A stretch of 53,545 nucleotides of DNA, from positions 1 through 53,545 of the IMG/VR virus record IMGVR_UViG_3300037248_000068; one strand, given 5' to 3'. The notes beneath the pieces are model-generated. The model saw only the letters and a list, made by a program, of their open reading frames with translations, ran no database searches and was not told the DNA's origin. This document shows positions 52,810 to 53,545 of this stretch, piece by piece; within the stretch, counting starts at the first letter, position 1, and every line of letters begins with the position of its first letter. Origin of the DNA: a virus. Its lineage: Duplodnaviria > Caudoviricetes. Made by a program: the position numbers and the translations under genes.

Positions 52810-53030
52810 CGAGGGGCGAAGCCCCGCAGCGCTCTACGGCGGTAATACTTTCTTTTCTTTATACACAGTGGCTCACGGTTTAACCGTGGCCCGTGAGTTC
52901 TTACGGCTGTGTGAGATCAAATTACGCAAATTGCGTGACAAACTTGTGGATAACTTGCGTAATTGCGTAGATGTGACACTAGTGAATCAGTGTATAAGGA
53001 TTGCGTAAACAGCGCAAACGCCAGGAGCGC
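52810..53030. promoter_or_regulatory. Divergent non-coding control region with a DnaA box and TTGCGT repeats
   Basis: TGTGGATAA at 52945-52953; TTGCGT in five copies; inverted repeat CACGGTT-T-AACCGTG. Confidence 0.55.
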
Positions 53031-53033
53031 GGA

Positions 53034-53435
53034 ATGAACTTGACAGGCACCACGATCCACGGATGGAACGTCGGCGAGGCGGTCACTAAATGGTGGCGGG
53101 GTAAGTTCGTGAGTCTCTACAGGCTGCGGAAAAACTGCGGACAGTGCGGCGTCGAAATGGTACTGGACGTAACGAAATCAGCCATTCAGGGCACGGCCAA
53201 GAATTCCGGCCTCCATATCATGCGGTGCACGGCATGCCGCGACGCTTCGCACTCGCAAGGCTCTACATCTCGACCGACCACCGTCACGACGACGGAGACC
53301 GCGGCCGCGGCCGGCCCAGTCGACACAGAAGAATTGGAACGCCTCCGCATGTCCAATAAGATCATGAAAGAAGAGTTGGACGGCCTCTACGCCGAATTGC
53401 GAGCCCTTAAGGCGAGCAAGCTCCCTTGGGAGTGA
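53034..53435 (+). CDS. Zn-ribbon/coiled-coil protein, paralog of 928-1269
   Basis: AGGAG SD; CGQC...CTAC; ends LPWE. Confidence 0.7.
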   Translation: MNLTGTTIHGWNVGEAVTKWWRGKFVSLYRLRKNCGQCGVEMVLDVTKSAIQGTAKNSGLHIMRCTACRDASHSQGSTSRPTTVTTTETAAAAGPVDTEELERLRMSNKIMKEELDGLYAELRALKASKLPWE

Positions 53436-53545
53436 CATTGCATAGCTGCCATGCGGAATAACATTTGACATTCTTAGGGATGTTGATAGGTTGCGGATGT
53501 CAACACGAGCTGGAGAGCAAACCAAATGACCTTCGCCCCCTTCTG
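53419..53545 (+). repeat. Terminal direct repeat (copy of 1-127)
   Basis: Exact match to the window start. Confidence 0.95.

Noticed and set aside
1-53545. Integrase, repressor/lysogeny module, spanins, alternative genetic code
   Set aside because: No recognisable recombinase, CI or Rz/Rz1 motifs, though small TM/secreted ORFs could hide spanins; core genes are intact under the standard code

Overview
This window is a complete, circularly assembled ~53.4-kb tailed dsDNA phage genome. Bases 1-127 recur exactly at 53419-53545, which is probably an assembler k-mer overlap. Morphology is probably podovirus-like: it has P22 gp4/gp10/gp7-like proteins and a lysozyme-bearing ejection protein, and I found no tape measure or sheath. 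The host is probably a Rhizobiales alphaproteobacterium such as Bradyrhizobium, based on an 'ADMPVKAP' OMP, ANDN/ssrA-like peptides and a GH108 endolysin. Early and replication genes run on the + strand from 53034 through 16269: primase-helicase, SF2 helicase, DUF2800 nuclease, SSB, family A polymerase, two amino-MTases and GNAT proteins. Morphogenesis genes are mostly on the - strand, in a scrambled order. No integrase, tRNA or CRISPR array was seen. The most unusual signals are: (1) about ten tail/virion-region proteins, including an S74-chaperone tailspike and a GH74-like propeller, carry Sec-type signal peptides and sit with an O-antigen-ligase/O-OTase-family gene and an OMP, suggesting a periplasmic export and glycosylation system; (2) a hydrophobic-Pro-Trp motif sits at the termini of about 16 unrelated proteins; (3) the SSB has a canonical DDIPF-stop tail hidden in its -1 frame; (4) some proteins carry built-in alphaproteobacterial ssrA-like tags; (5) the 12-bp palindrome AAAGCATGCTTT is repeated through the replication module; (6) five conserved early promoter/leader cassettes are present. 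All family assignments come from recalled motifs, not database searches.
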